Shown here one piece after another: positions 1 to 13,005 of a DNA stretch of 64,000 bases. Source of the DNA: Eledone cirrhosa. Taxonomy: Eukaryota. The first letter of the stretch is position 1. The number at the start of each line of letters is the position of its first letter. The translations under genes were made by a program, and so were the position numbers. The stretch spans positions 78,120,001 through 78,184,000 of the forward strand of contig OZ024744.1 of assembly GCA_964016885.1 (NCBI GenBank). The letters run 5' to 3'. The notes beneath the pieces were generated by a model. The model was not told where the DNA came from. It saw only the letters and a program-made list of their open reading frames with translations, and did not search any database.

Positions 1-411
1 AGTTACTTTAATCCATTTTAATTATACCAGTGTGTCTGTCTTCTCTAGGGCTGTGTGCCACCAATCATTGTGTATATATAACCTTCTTGCACTACTCATA
101 CATCTATCTGGACTTTCCTGAAGAAGGACTTCTGTCCAAAACATTGAAACCTCCTCCACTTCTTCCAAGCATTAACGTAATATAACTGTGTTATTTTGCT
201 TCCCATGTTATGAACTTTTGGAGGCGATTTCATATCTTTGAAGTTATTAACTGTTGGAAATGAGCTCAAACATGTTAGGACGAGTTATCTCGTCTATGAC
301 ACTGAAGTTAACATCAAAATATCCTCAGGACATCAATATAAGACCTGGAGAATACAAGTCCAAAAGAAAAACAAGCCATGGTCAGTGCGTTGACTTTCAT
401 TGATATTTTAA

Positions 412-696
412 CCTCTTCAGTGCCGTAGACGAGATAACTCATCCCAACATGTTTGAACTCTTTTCCCACAGTTCATAACTTCAAAATTATGAACTTGTTT
501 CCAACAGTTCATAACTTCAAAGCTAGATGGGGTTACTAGTTTATTGATGTGATGTTTGTCAATCATTCAGATATGTGTTGTTAATAAATGTTTGTTTAAA
601 AAAAATAGTCATTTTACTGAAAAAATACCCCGGCACAGCAACTGTAGCTGTGTAAAATATGTGTCATAACTACAATCGTAGTTAGAGTGCATGAGG
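412..696. mobile_element. piggyBac-like MITE family 2 (inverted partial copy 235-311, partial copy 8817-9060)
   Basis: TTAA|cctcttcagtg ... agtgcatgagg|TTAA. Confidence 0.7.
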
Positions 697-1610
697 TTAA
701 AAATGTTATTTTTCTCTCCAAAAGACATGTGCAAAGTTGTTGATGAGATGGGCAAAATAAAGCATAAGATTTTTAAGCATCATGCAATTAGATTAAAGTT
801 ATAAAGTTCTAATGTAAGGCAAAGTTATAGTATGGTTTATATATAAAAAACACAAATATATTTTCTACTTACTAAATGTTTCTGTTTTACGGATAAGACT
901 ATTTAAAAAAAACACAAAAACACAAAATACGTTATGATGTGGAAAGTAATACAAGGTTAAATAATGCAAAATGGACGGTAAGATGAAGGTAACGAAAGAG
1001 TAAATTACTTGGTAATCTTTTTGTTATTTTTTGTTGCTGTTGTTCCTTATTACTTAGCATCAGACTGTGGTGTACAGCAAACATAAAACAGTGTCATATT
1101 AAAAGCTGTAGTATATGAAAATGTATCCTAACCTAGAATAACATGTATTCAAATACAAAATGAGCCAAAAGAATGTATACACTCTATGAATTGAACTGTG
1201 ACCTACATTATAAGTGTATTCTGTGTTATATACGGGTTACTGTAAAATATCTACTCATGTATAGGCCTACGTGTAACGGATACGTGGTATTCTTTGTATG
1301 GTAGTTTTAATGAAAAGAATAATGCCATAATTGATTTGTTAACGTTTATTTTACAATAACAATATTCGATTTGCACATCAAGTAATATTATTTATGACAT
1401 GAACCGTCGCTACATTAAATTGCTAGCTTGCTACGAGCTAGTGAATGCATGTATCGGAGAAGACGATGATGTAAAAGTTGTGTTGTGTCTTACAGATACA
1501 ATGTGACAGGAAAATAGGATGAGAGTATAATTCAAACAATATGAACTTACTATGTATGTGTGTGCCTATTCTTAGAATATATTATTCTCATAGTAGTAGT
1601 GGTCAATCTG

Positions 1611-1960
1611 TCAGGCAGGCATGGCTGTCTGTCTGGTTGTGTCGGTGGCCGAGAAGGTAGAAGCCAGTAAGGGCCAGGAGAAAGATAGAGTGAAAGGTCT
1701 GCTAATGCCTACATCGCTTATCGCTTGCTGACTGCCACTTCGAGTCTGACCTTTGGGTTCTGTGGTTGTAGCCCTGACAGTGGAGACTTCTGGTGTCCTC
1801 GGCCCTAGGGCTACCTCCCTACTCACCACCATAGGTGCTGAGCTGGCCAGCAGCAGGTCTGAGCCCTGCGAGTTGGAGTGGCTTTTCCAGCGCGTCTCCC
1901 TTGCCGTCCTCTGGGGAAACGCCTTCCCCATTCTGTCCGCCGGGGCAGTGGGGAGACAAG
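1611..1960 (+). mobile_element. CRE-like non-LTR retrotransposon 3' fragment (restriction-like endonuclease end)
   Basis: GC-rich island. ORF 1753-1995 (VETSGVLGPRATSLLTTIG...LFQRVSLAVLWGNAFPIL) fits the ET.G..G..A...QR.S.A.QRGNA motif of CRE-clade RLE domains. Confidence 0.75.
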
Positions 1961-2357
1961 CCGATTATATTACGAGTATTCCGTTATATACGTAAAGATA
2001 TAGACAAAACTTAAGTGGACTTTTAATATTAATGTTATGTGGTTCAAATGTCTAAAAATGTTGTTTATTAAGGCCATTGACAGAGGAGGGTGAGAATGTA
2101 AAGTTCATGACTTAGTTTTAAATTTGTATTAAATGGTTTATTAAGTAGGGTAGCATTTACAATAGTAAACAGAATAAGAATTTCTGTGTGGGCACCAGCT
2201 ACATGTAAAACCTACGTTCTTTGTTAGTTTGCCTGAGATCCTACTACATCTCTTGTGTACCCATAAGATAGAATTTCTGCATACTGAGCAGGACCATTTC
2301 CCTCTCAATCATATCTGCCTTGGAAGAATAAATACTGTATTGTGTGGAAAGGTCTCT

Positions 2358-2640
2358 TTAGTCATGCAGTGGACAATGTGACCTATTTAATGCTGGTGCT
2401 ACAATAATGTGCATACTGTACATATTGTAAAGTCCTTTTTGTTGAAATATATTGAACCATCGTTGGCACTTATGAACATTAAAAACTCCTTCACCATGCA
2501 TTTTTGGCACATTTTTTATAGTATTTATAGTGATGTTGTATTTTATGAACTTGTAAAATATAACATGTCTTGGTTCCATTCATTTTAAGTGAAACATAGC
2601 CTATAGTGGTTTCATCTAGAGAAAGAGTAAATCTTTTCAA
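2358..2640 (-). mobile_element. Mariner transposase N-terminal (HTH) relic
   Basis: ORF 2358-2579 (RHVIFYKF...TIKNVPKMHGEGVFNVHKCQRWFNIF) resembles the Mos1-type first HTH (R..LYEF......NI...YG....S...CQRWF..F). Confidence 0.7.
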
Positions 2641-2911
2641 ACCACAATTACATGGCGTTGTGAAGTGAAGGGTTGCTCAAAATGACTTCACTGAAACAAC
2701 TGGACATGTCTTATTTGCTCTTCTGTGAATTCTATTTTCATGAAGGATTATTAATGCAACAAATTAAAAAACTTATGTGTCTACGAATTGGAAACTGTCT
2801 GAATCTTTTCTTCCTCCACAACATTTATACAATTGAGGAAAAATCTTCTTTAGACATGCTGGAACATGTTTTCCCAAGTACTGTGTAAAATATAACACTA
2901 TTTATGAGATA

Positions 2912-3495
2912 ATAATAATAATAATAATAATAATGAAATTATTGTGTACAATGCTCAGGTGCACTACAACTCATCAAAGGTGCATGTATAGTACATAGAA
3001 TAATGTACAAATGTCAGGAAAATGAACAGTGTACGAGTCATGAAATACATGCGTGCATGTGTATGGAGGGGAGATATCAGGTATAGCGTTGGCGAATCTC
3101 AGGAAGCATGGAAGTTTTAACCCTTTAACATTTAAACCGGCCATATCTGGCCAGAATTCTCTTACCTCTTTCTGTTCAAACTGGCTTTAACCAGCCGCTT
3201 ATACTGATGTTAAGGTATTGTTCTCAAAATAAATAACATCAAAATCTCATAGATTTGAAATTATGTGAGATAGATAAAGCCATTACCACAAAAATACAAT
3301 AGTATATATAGAGTAATGTAAATGCTAAAGGGTTAAAGGATTCAGTGTCTCGACAGCTAATAACTGATGCAGGTAGTTTGTTCTATGCTTCAGCAACTCT
3401 GAGCGTGAAAAAATGTTTCCGAAAGTCATGGGAGCGTGCTGTTTTCTGACTTTGTTGGCATTAGACACGTGGAAATCAAAAAGGTGCTCAGGGTT
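2912..3495 (-). mobile_element. CR1 3' end, split by a piggyBac MITE
   Basis: Homologous to 12645-13005 on both sides of 3121-3332. Confidence 0.85.
3121..3332. mobile_element. piggyBac MITE family 1 (other copies 6538-6743, 20836-21601, 21023-21586, 28032-28252, 45767-45979, 59268-59459, 62056-62255)
   Basis: TTAA|CCCTTTA(A/G)CATTTA ... TAAATGCTAAAGGG|TTAA ends with a conserved ~210-bp body. Confidence 0.92.
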
Positions 3496-3757
3496 AATCT
3501 GATATATAACATTTAATTTAAGATATTTATTTCCCAGTCAATTGTCTTACATCATCATCATCACCATCATTACATTCATTCCTCCATGCTTGCATACATT
3601 AGACATATATATATATATTGGTTCTTTAAATGAAATGGCCCCCCTCCCCCACCTATTATAGATTATGTCTCCAATTTCATTCCATAGTTAAACATTTGAT
3701 ACAATAGTTAAATATTACATGCAGTAGAGTAATATTACAAGAACCTTCATTAAGCTA

Positions 3758-3937
3758 CAAGGATCAGCTGAAAAGTTCATAAGCTGTCTATGAAAGAGTG
3801 ATGCTAGAGCTGTGAAATATTGCATGCATTAATTTCAATTCTTCTTATTAATAACTGCATTGTTTCTTTCCAGGGACTCATTTGCTCATTCCATGAGAGT
3901 ATCTTGGTTAGCCTATGAACTTTTCAGTTGACCCTTG
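3758..3937. mobile_element. Tc1/mariner MITE, 180 bp
   Basis: 28-bp TIRs caaggatcagctgaaaagttcataagct / agcctatgaacttttcagttgacccttg, flanked by TA on both sides. Confidence 0.88.
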
Positions 3938-4705
3938 TATATTATAAACACCATCTTAATAATTGTTTCTACTTTTGGCACAAGGCCAGCAATTACTCAG
4001 TACATTACTGGTACTTTATTTTATCGACCCCGTAACTCAGAATGGAAAGGGCCGTAACTCTATGCGTCAAAGCATGACGTCCGACCCTCTAAATGTTTTC
4101 TGATTTAGGCACAAGGCAATCCATTTTGGGCCGAGGGGAAAGTCGATTAAATCGACCCCAGTGTGTTACTGGTGCTTTATGTTATCGACCCCGTAAGGAT
4201 GAAAGTTAAAGCTAACCTTGGCAGGTTTTGAACCCAGAACGTAAAGGGCCATAACTCTATACTGCAAAGCATGTTGTCCGACGCTCTACCGATATGATAC
4301 TGCCAATCCACTACCCTAATAAACACCACCTTAAAAATGAGAACATTAGTCATTTTACTAAAGCCTTCTAAATTATTGATTATTTAAAAAAATTATTTGA
4401 AAATCATACACAATGTCTTTCATTAGAAATAATGGAAAAAAAACCTGGTTAACTTTCTGGAAGGTAAAATCAATGCTCATAGCATTTTTAGGTTCTCCAT
4501 GACAAAGAGACTATGGTAATATTAGATTCAGTCAGATGTCCAGTTGTAAATGGTGTAGGTTTCTGGTTGGAAGGGGGTGGAGGGGAAACTTGGTTAAGAA
4601 GGAAATTGTAGAGAAAGGTACTTTGAAGTATTTGCATATTTGCTGCAAATGGTAACATATTGACAGAGGCATCACATGTATATGTGTGTGTATTGTATAT
4701 GAATG

Positions 4706-5250
4706 CATATCATCATCATCATCATCGTCGTTTAATGTCCTTCTTCCATGCTAGCATGGGTTAGATGGGAGTTGTCCCACTTGAGGCAAGGTTGGTCGGG
4801 TTACCTTGTCTCGCTCATATAGGACTATCTATATGAGCGAGAACACCAACCACATTTACAGTGTGGACTGGTAACTTTTTACCGTGTTAACTACATGGCC
4901 ACATTACAGCGTGGACTGTGTGTTTTTTTGTTTTGACACCTACACGATCTCGATCTCGATCTCATTATCTCTTTGTTTGGACTGGATGTTGTGGTACCAA
5001 TTTTACAGAGAGAGGGTGGTGTTGGTGGGAGTGGGATGATAGAGTAGGGGTAGTGGATTGGGGTGTATATTTGGTTAAGAGGTGCCTACTTTGTACATAG
5101 GCAAGGCGGGTCTTCTGTATTACTGCGTAGTGCCAAAGATCTCTGTCCAGTGACACTGTCTTAGAGAGATGCAAGTGTGTAAGGTCGGAATTTATCAAAT
5201 CTTCCCAGGTTTTTCTGGGTCTATCTACTCCGTAACTTCCATCAATTTAT
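4706..5250 (-). mobile_element. RTE LINE 3' end fragment
   Basis: ORF 4965-5198 ([30 protein letters not shown]) matches the C-terminus of the 33558-34448 ORF. (CAT)n tail on the + strand. Confidence 0.85.
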
Positions 5251-5296
5251 ACATGTGTAAATAAATATTTGGTGGAAATGTTTAGTTTAGCAAAGA

Positions 5297-5791
5297 CTAG
5301 CAGTGGTACCCGGCGTTGCACGGGATAAGGTATTTTGGAATGCGGGCCGCCAACAGACCTAATCGTGGAAAAACTGCATGCGTGGACAATATGTAAAGAA
5401 AATAAACCGAATACTCTGATGGCTGGATAATCTTTAAAATTTTCATCGATGAAGCAGGAAAAATGCAGGTTTTCATCTAATGCGGGCCCTAGGCCATAAA
5501 AAAGTTGGATTTTCTTTGCTAACGGTATGAAGAAGAGACTGACTAATACATAGTTACATTTTCAAGGAAATCAGTTTTACGTAACGACTCAAAAAACCCC
5601 TAAAAAACGCAGTTTTTCACCTAATGCAGGCCCTAGGGGATCAAAAAGTTGAATTTTTTTATGTGCATAACACTCCCTGAAACAAGTAATACACATGTAA
5701 AGCTTGAAAAAAGTCGGTTGGGTACTTCTAAGTTTTAGGGATTCAAACTCACACACACACAGACAGACATCCTCAGTTATATATATATAGA
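5297..5791 (-). mobile_element. Non-autonomous Helitron
   Basis: Minus strand starts A|TCTATATATAT and ends CTAG|T. Subterminal hairpin CCCG-gcgttgca-CGGG (5309-5324). No TSD. (CA)n/GACA microsatellite near the 5' end. Confidence 0.85.
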
Positions 5792-5914
5792 TAAGAGGTG
5801 ACAGACACCTTGACAGAAGGATCAACTAAGATGAAACATTTTTTTCTTTTCTTTACACTAACATGCATACATATATTTTTTTTTTGTACACAGGTCTCTA
5901 ACCTACTCATATTT

Positions 5915-5937
5915 TCTCTCTCTCCTCTCTTTCTCTC

Positions 5938-5975
<38 letters not shown>

Positions 5976-6030
5976 CCTCCCCCCCCCTCTCTCATCCCCC
6001 CCCCTCTCTCTCTCCCATCCCTCTCTCTCT
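5915..6030. repeat. (CT)n / C-rich polypyrimidine microsatellite
   Basis: Direct reading. Confidence 0.9.
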
Positions 6031-8344
6031 CATACTCATCATCATCATCATTTTACAATTGCATTTTTATGCTTGCATGGGTTGGACAGATCATTTCAAG
6101 CACAGCTTCTCTTTATTCATTGCATTTCTTCATCATCTCCCCCTTTTGTGATTTGAGATCATCTCTCTTACCCTGTACCTGGGTATTCCTTGTCCTTCCA
6201 CTTGGATTTCCTGGCACTTCTTCACCCAGCCATCATTGTATGTCCATACCAGTGCAATCTTCACTCTTGCACACTACATCTGATTCCTTTTATGCCTGGT
6301 TTGTATTCTCCATACTGACTGAGCTGGGAATACTCTATAGTCAACTTGACAGGAAATAGCCATACCTGCCATTTTTCCTCTCAGTATACTCAGCTGAAAA
6401 TAAGTACCAGCAATAGCTGGGGATTTAACTCTGTGATGGACTGGTGTCCTGTTCAACAGGGGAAGTCTTGTACTCTCAGTCACTTCATGCCATGAAACCA
6501 GGAGAAGCACTGGCCTAATGAACCTTAAATGGCTTAACCCTTAAGCATTTAAACCGGCCATATCCGGCCAGAATTCTCTCACCTCTTTCTGTTCAAACTG
6601 GCTATAATCAGCTGCTCATATTTATGTTAAAGTATTGTTCTCAAAATAAATAATATCAAAATCTCGTAGAGTCAATATTATGTGAGATAAAGTGTTTACC
6701 GGGAAAATACAATATTAAATATAGAGTAATGTAAATGCTAGAGTTAAGACAGACTAGACTCCTACAAAAGGTTCTGGTATTTGGCACTGTTCTGTTCAAA
6801 GACTTTGTTGCATTCATCCTCTCACTAGAATGATTCATTCAAGATTATCTTCTTCACATTTTCAGACCACAGAACATCATGATGATGATGATGAGAACAA
6901 AACTAAGGAAGTTGTCATCGACATGACAATCTCCCTAGTGTTGGTGATTTACATGGTAAACAATCATCCAGTACAGTCTCTAAAGTGGTTGGTGATAGGA
7001 AAAGCATCCAGCCATAGAATACCTGCCAAACAAAGATGGAGAAGACTCTTCAGCTCTCTCAAACAATACAAGACTACTTCCTTAGTGTTGGTGCCACAAT
7101 AAAATGCACTTGGTAGAGGACGGGATTGTATGTCAGAACCCTGGCTCATCTTGAGGTCTGAGGCTCCGCCTGTGACTACTGCCTAGTCTGTGATGACATG
7201 TTCAACCTTTGTTAGCAGGGAAAACAGGTATCAAATGAGGATTGTGTGTGTGTGAGTCTAGATCCTTGCAAAAAATATATGCACCAAAAAGTATATATAC
7301 ACAAGTAGTCTTGTATTCGAATATGGCAAGTGGGAAAACTTCAATTAATTCAAATTATCCTCACAGTTTCAAGAATGAAATTGATTTTGTCAGTATTCAA
7401 ATTACCCCCAAAATTTGGATCAACTGGGACTTTAGGAGTTATCTTCCTTGCTTGCTTTTATGGCTGATATTTTATAATTTTATTACAAAAGTATGGGTGA
7501 AAACTATGGGCATGTTTTAGTTTTATTCTGACTTCATCAATGGAGCATAGCATTCTCTGTACTTGCTGAGGCAGTAATAAAGAAATCACTAAGTAAATCT
7601 ACAATATGAGATCCATGCTATAACAAACACTCTCCTGTGTGGTTGAGATGGTCACAAGCAGAGTCATCATCATCATCATTGTTTAATGTCCATTTTCCAT
7701 GCTATTATTGGTAGGCTGGACTGTCTCTTTGTGAGGGATTAGGTTGAGGGACAATGATTCGCTCACACACAACTGATTTTGGCTTGGTTTCTATGGTTGG
7801 ATGCCCTTTCTAATACCAACTACATTTACAGTTTGTGCTGGGTGCTCTTTGCCATGTCGCCTACATGATCACTTTACAGTGTAAAGAAATTCTCTTTGCA
7901 GTTACGTGGTTGAATCCTACTGTACAAGTGTCTTCCACCATAGTCTTCAATCAAACAAAGACTTCTTAGTGAAATTTTGGTTGACAGGGGATGACTGTTC
8001 CTATTTCTGGGTAATAGACTGAATCTGTCACCTGGTTTAACATTACTTGGCATTTGGTGCCAAAGTCTAAAGATAAATTCTTCAGTTATGGGCACTCTAA
8101 AAGAGGTATGGGCTCTGCCCTCTCTGATTAAGTCAGTAATTATTTTTTAATACCATTATTCAGATGGATATTGATAATTCTCAGTAGCTGTGATGGAATT
8201 GATAGTAAACAAACTAAAATATACACAGACATAGACACACACATAGACACACATGCATACATATACACATAGACCAATATCAATTTCTGTACAGTCACAT
8301 GTCTAATAACTTTACACCGTTGTTGTTGTTCTTCTTCTTTGCCC

Positions 8345-8575
8345 ACTTATTCATGAAAGGGTCATGGGGGAAGAGTCCTCAAACACTCCTTACAATGGGT
8401 CCTGTCAAAAGCAACTGTCTCCAACTGATCTGGCTGGATCCCCAAGTGTGACCAGCCAAGCTCATGGATGTTATCCAAATATCTTGTTCGAGGTCTACCC
8501 CTAGGTCTCCTACCTGTTGGTTTTTGCCTGTAAAATCTGTCCAGTGACGATTCTTTCCTGAGATATTCTAACCAC
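8345..8575 (-). mobile_element. Expander-like RTE 3' fragment (related copy at 13030-13345)
   Basis: Minus strand reads GRRPRGRPRTRYLDNIHELGWSHLGIQPDQLE. Shares tggttagaatatctcaggaaagaa with 44676-44700. Confidence 0.65.
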
Positions 8576-8599
8576 TTTTTTTTATTTATTTCTTATTAG

Positions 8600-8752
8600 A
8601 TGTTAGTAATATTTCCTCTGAAGATGGAGAGGATAAACTCTTGGAAACAAAGCAAAATGTTCAAATTCTTGCTGATGAAACTGCTCAAGCATTGAAGAAA
8701 AATGTCTATAAAAATTATTCACAGTTCATTGAAACAGCCAAAGAAATCTCAG
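8600..8752 (+). CDS. EXOC8: EXOC8/Exo84 internal coding exon A (phase 1 to phase 1)
   Basis: Acceptor tcttattag|A, donor TCAG|gtattg. Translates VSNISSEDGEDKLLETKQNVQILADETAQALKKNVYKNYSQFIETAKEIS, matching recalled vertebrate EXOC8 IQALAEETAQNLKRNVYQNYRQFIETAREIS. Confidence 0.95.
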
Positions 8753-9732
8753 GTATTGCAGCTTTTTTTTTAAATTTTATTTTATTTCTATGTTTCATAA
8801 TTAGTTTTGTCTTCAACCTCTTCAGTATCATCAACGAGATAACTCGTCCTAACATGTATTGAATTGTCACAGACGAGATGACTCATCCTTACATATTTGA
8901 ATTTCTTTCTAACAGTTCATAACTTCAAAGTTATGTACAGTTTATAACTTCAAAGCTAGATAGGGTTACTAGTTTATTGATGTGACATTTGTCAATCAAA
9001 ATAGTAATTTTACTGAAAACAAAACCCGTCACAGCAACTGAAACTGTGTAAAATATATGCAGCCGTCAACAATTTTAAATTGTAGATGTTACAGTAAAAA
9101 TTACATTAACTCTTAATATACTATACTTCATGTAACTTTAGTAACAAAATATTCTTGAAAAGTAAAAAAAAGTACTATAACTGCATGACATTAAAAAATT
9201 AATGTCTTTTCTCTAATATTGCAAATTTTCACAACAATATATCCTCTAGTAAAGATAGTATAAACACTTGAAGTAGTTCCCAACCTTATACATACATACA
9301 CACAAACACATGCGTACATGCATGTGTAAAAGAGAAGACTGTGCTGGTATGAACATGCGATGTGCATAGATAATGATTGCTGGGTGAAAGGGGGCCTAGA
9401 AATCCCATTGGAAGGAAGCCACAATAGAGGAAGACCTGGACATAGATGGTGACAGCTGATCTTATGACACTGAAGCTCTCAGAGGAGTTGACTAAGGAAC
9501 ACAAGCATGGCACAGTAAACGTAAAATGTTGATGATATATATATATACCATCATCATAATCATTATCATTATTGTTTTTATGTCAACATTTCCATGCAGG
9601 CATGGGTTGGATAGGACTTTTAGAAGCAGTGCTTTACAGCTGGATGCCCTTCTTGATATCAACCCTTTTAGTCACTTCTTACTATATGCAAGGATACAGT
9701 TTACCTACTCTAAACCAGATATATATATATAT

Positions 9733-11289
9733 GAGGCACCACTGATGCCCTCTTCCTTGTGAGGCAGTTACAGGAAAAGTACCTAGCTAAAGGTAAGCCA
9801 CTCTACCTGGCATTCGTCGATCTTGAGAAAGCCTTTGACAGAGTTCCACGTGCTATAATCTGGTGGGCTCTTAGAAAACTAGGAGTAGATGAATGGCTTG
9901 TGAAAGCTGTACAAGCCATGTATAGGGGAGCAGTCAGCAAAGTTAGGATTAACAATGAGTATAGCAAGGAATTTAGCATACAGGTCGGTGTCCACCAGGG
10001 CTCTGTTCTTAGCCCTCTCCTGTTCATCATAGTCCTGCAGGCAATAACGGAGGAGTTTAAGACCGGATGTCCATGGGAACTCCTGTATGCAGATGACCTC
10101 GCACTCATAGCTGAATTTATGGTAGAACTAGAGAAAAAATTCCAAACTTGGAAGCAGGGACTAGAAAGAAAGGGTCTCAAAGTCAACCTGACAAAGACTA
10201 AGGTCCTTGTAAATAGACTAGAAAACAGAACCCAGATCCCCTCGGGGAAATGGCCTTGCTCAGTATGTAGGAAAGGTGTAGGTAGGAACTCCATTCTCTG
10301 TCCCAAATGCAAACAATGAGTACACAAGAGATGTAGCAGGATCTCAGGAAGCTTAATTAAGTATTTAGGCTTCACATGTAGCAGCTGTGCTGGGACAGCA
10401 AGCAGCAAACAGCCACAGGAAACAAGTACCACCAATCTCTGGGAGGGCTCTGTAGAAACAGTAGACAGCTTCTGCTACCTAGATGACCGAATTAACAGTG
10501 GAGGTGGGTGTTCAGAAAGTACAATAACTAGGGTAAGAACAGGATGGAAGAAGTTCAGGGAGCTACTGCCACTGTTAGCTGCAAAAGCTTTTCCCTCAAA
10601 ATGAAAGGCAGACTGTATGATGCGTGTATACGAACAGCAATGTTACATGGTAGTGAGACCTGGGCGCTGAAGAGGGAAGACTTGCGTAAATTAGAAAGAA
10701 ACAAAGCCTGCATGCTCAGATGGATGTGTAGTAGTAATATATGCGAACAGCAAAGGATAAATGAATTGAGAGAGAGACTGAGCATAAGAGGAATCAACTG
10801 CTCCGTGCAGGAGAGGCGGTTGCGTTGGTATGGACATGTGATGCGTATGAAGGATGTCAGCTGCATAAAAAGGTGCAGAGCACTAGAAGTCGATGGAAAC
10901 CGCGGAGTGGGGAGACCCAAGAAGACCTGGGATGAGGTGATAAAAGCCGACCTTACCCAATTACACCTCTCAAAGGACCGTGACCTCTGGTGTCACACAG
11001 TAATACAGAAGACCCCGGACTTCCCACGGGTACAAGTCTAAACTGAAGCATATAGACAATATGCCCCCACACCTTCCCACTGCAAAGTGGTCGTGGAGGT
11101 GCCACGGCAAAAAAGCACCCAGCCCTTACTGTAAAGTGGACGTGTAGGTGCCTCGGCTAAAAAGCACCCAGCACTCACTGTAAATGAGGTTGGTGTTAGG
11201 AAGGGCATCCAGCTGTAGAAATCAAGCCAGAATCAGTTCCCGTCCCACCCTTGCAAGCAGGGAAATGCAGACGTAAAATGATGATGATG

Positions 11290-11292
<3 letters not shown>
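9733..11292 (+). mobile_element. 5'-truncated RTE LINE (second subfamily), flanked by (TA)n
   Basis: ORFs 9759-10319 (FVDLEKAFD, YADD, Cys finger) and 10544-11041 (RLRWYGHVMR). The 3'UTR ends in (GAT)n. Confidence 0.92.
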
Positions 11293-11357
<65 letters not shown>

Positions 11358-11360
<3 letters not shown>

Positions 11361-11668
11361 TTGTCCCCCAGCATTTACAGGAGTTACATTCTTAGAGCAC
11401 CCGCGAATATTGGATGTGGTTCACAAAAACTCCTATAAACATCAAAATATAACATAAAATATAATAAAAAAAGAAGGACCACCTTATGCGAAGGGGCGTC
11501 CAATAGGTCGGCAAATACGGTGTATTGTTATTAATAATTTAGCGTTAAAAAATTGCGGAAGATATTTACGATTTAGCGAATATGCAGTGGTTTCGACGAA
11601 CATTTATTATTTAGATTCTAAGGAAAATTCCGCATACAACTGGGAACGCGAATGCTTGGAGTACACTG
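11358..11668. mobile_element. pogo/Tigger-like MITE
   Basis: Imperfect TIRs cagttgtcccccagcatttac / gcgaatgcttggagtacactg, inserted in a TA tract. Confidence 0.7.
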
Positions 11669-11774
11669 TGTATATATATATATACACACACATGCATCAC
11701 ACATGTATATATAAGGTTATATCATTCAATACTATATGATATATAGTATATATATAATAGAAAATATATCACAC

Positions 11775-12090
11775 AAAGCATAAACCATCAGCTTTGTTGG
11801 GCAGCAAGTTAACAAATATGCTGACAGAGAAGAACCACTCATTGCGATGGTGAAAAGAAAAAAATTTGCCTTGTATGGTCATGTATGCCACCACAACTCC
11901 TTGTCTAAAACCATCCTTCAGGGCACAGTCGTGGGAGGATGAAGAAGAGGCAGACAAAGAAAATCCTGGTGCGACAACATCAAAGACTGGATTGATCATA
12001 ACATTGAAACCCTTTTACGCATGACAAAGAACATAGACCAGTGGTGACGGCTGCCCGTGAAAACGTCTAGAGTGGTACCGCAACAACCAG
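11775..12090 (+). mobile_element. RTE (BovB-like) 3' fragment
   Basis: Reads ...KFALYGHVCHHNSLSKTILQGTVVGG*RRGRQRKSWCDNIKDW, a typical RTE C-terminus. Confidence 0.7.
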
Positions 12091-12169
12091 GTGCAAACCT
12101 CACTCTTGGCAAGTGTCATTTACTATATCCATGGGTTGATTCATGCGCTGTGAGTGAAATTGTGTACGC

Positions 12170-12336
12170 CGGGGTTTCCCAAACTTTTTCAGACACAGAA
12201 CCCTTTTTGGTTCAGAAACTTTTGGGGGATCCCCAAAGTCTAATACTATTATATGGTCGTAATATAAATATACTCCTCTACCTTTTTTCACGGGATCCCA
12301 GACATTCCTTTGCAGAACCCTCTTTGGGAACCACTG
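12170..12336. mobile_element. hAT-Charlie-like MITE
   Basis: TIRs cggggtttcccaaac / ctttgggaaccactg. Degenerate 8-bp TSD gtgtacgc / ttgtagac. Confidence 0.7.
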
Positions 12337-12644
12337 TTGTAGACAGATATTGTTTGGAAGCTCATCAGATGGATTGTAACTGTAATTTAAAAATCCACCC
12401 TTTTCACTTAGTGTGTCACACTAAATCTCCCTGAGAATTACATTAAAGTTTCTTATGTCTGTCACTTACATGTTAAATTTATAAGCAGGCAGCTCCATTG
12501 ATCAAACACTTGGAAGAAAACACATCATTGAAACCAATGAAGGTCCATTCAATCATGATTTTCTTCCCCATCCTTTTCTCCGACCAGAACCTGCAAAGGG
12601 TCAAGAGAATTCTGCCCCCCTCCTCTTTTGCCATGGAATAATAA

Positions 12645-13005
12645 TAATGAAAATTATTGGGTACAGTGCTCAGGTGCACTATAACTCATCAAAGGTGCAT
12701 GTATAAGTCATAGAATAATGTACAAATGTCAAGAAAATGAACAATGTATGAGTCATGATATACACACACAGTCACACACACATGTGTGCATGTGTATGGA
12801 GGAGGAATATCAGGTGTAGTGTTGGCGAATTTTGGGAAGCATGGAAGTTTTGAAGGATGCAGTGTCTTGACAGCTAACAACCGATGCAGGTAGTTTGTTC
12901 CACACTTTGGTAACTCTGAACGGAAAAAAATGTTTCCGAAAATCATGGGAGCTGTACTGTTTTCCAATTTTGTAAGCATGTCCATGGGTGTTAGGCACAT
13001 GGAAT
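12645..13005 (-). mobile_element. CR1-clade LINE 3' end
   Basis: ORF 12810-12998 (GHAYKIGKQYSSHDFRKHFFPFRVTKVWNKLPASVVSCQDTASFK) fits the CR1 C-terminal RGH..FF..RV...WN.LP..VV...FK motif. (ATT)n tail. Confidence 0.85.

Noticed and set aside
971-983. ATGGACG|gtaaga as a micro first exon of EXOC8
   Set aside because: It is phase-compatible but would omit the conserved F..xxY segment before exon A. It cannot be supported without RNA data.
7323-7390. ATGGCAAGT... (MASGKTS...) as a candidate first EXOC8 exon
   Set aside because: The nearest donor (gtcagt) is phase 0 while exon A needs phase 1, and there is no similarity to the EXOC8 N-terminus.
9803-10435. Antisense ORFs over RTE copies (also 33059-33877, 49067-49483, 55142-57449)
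   Set aside because: These are shadow frames of the RT/APE coding strand with no independent coding evidence.
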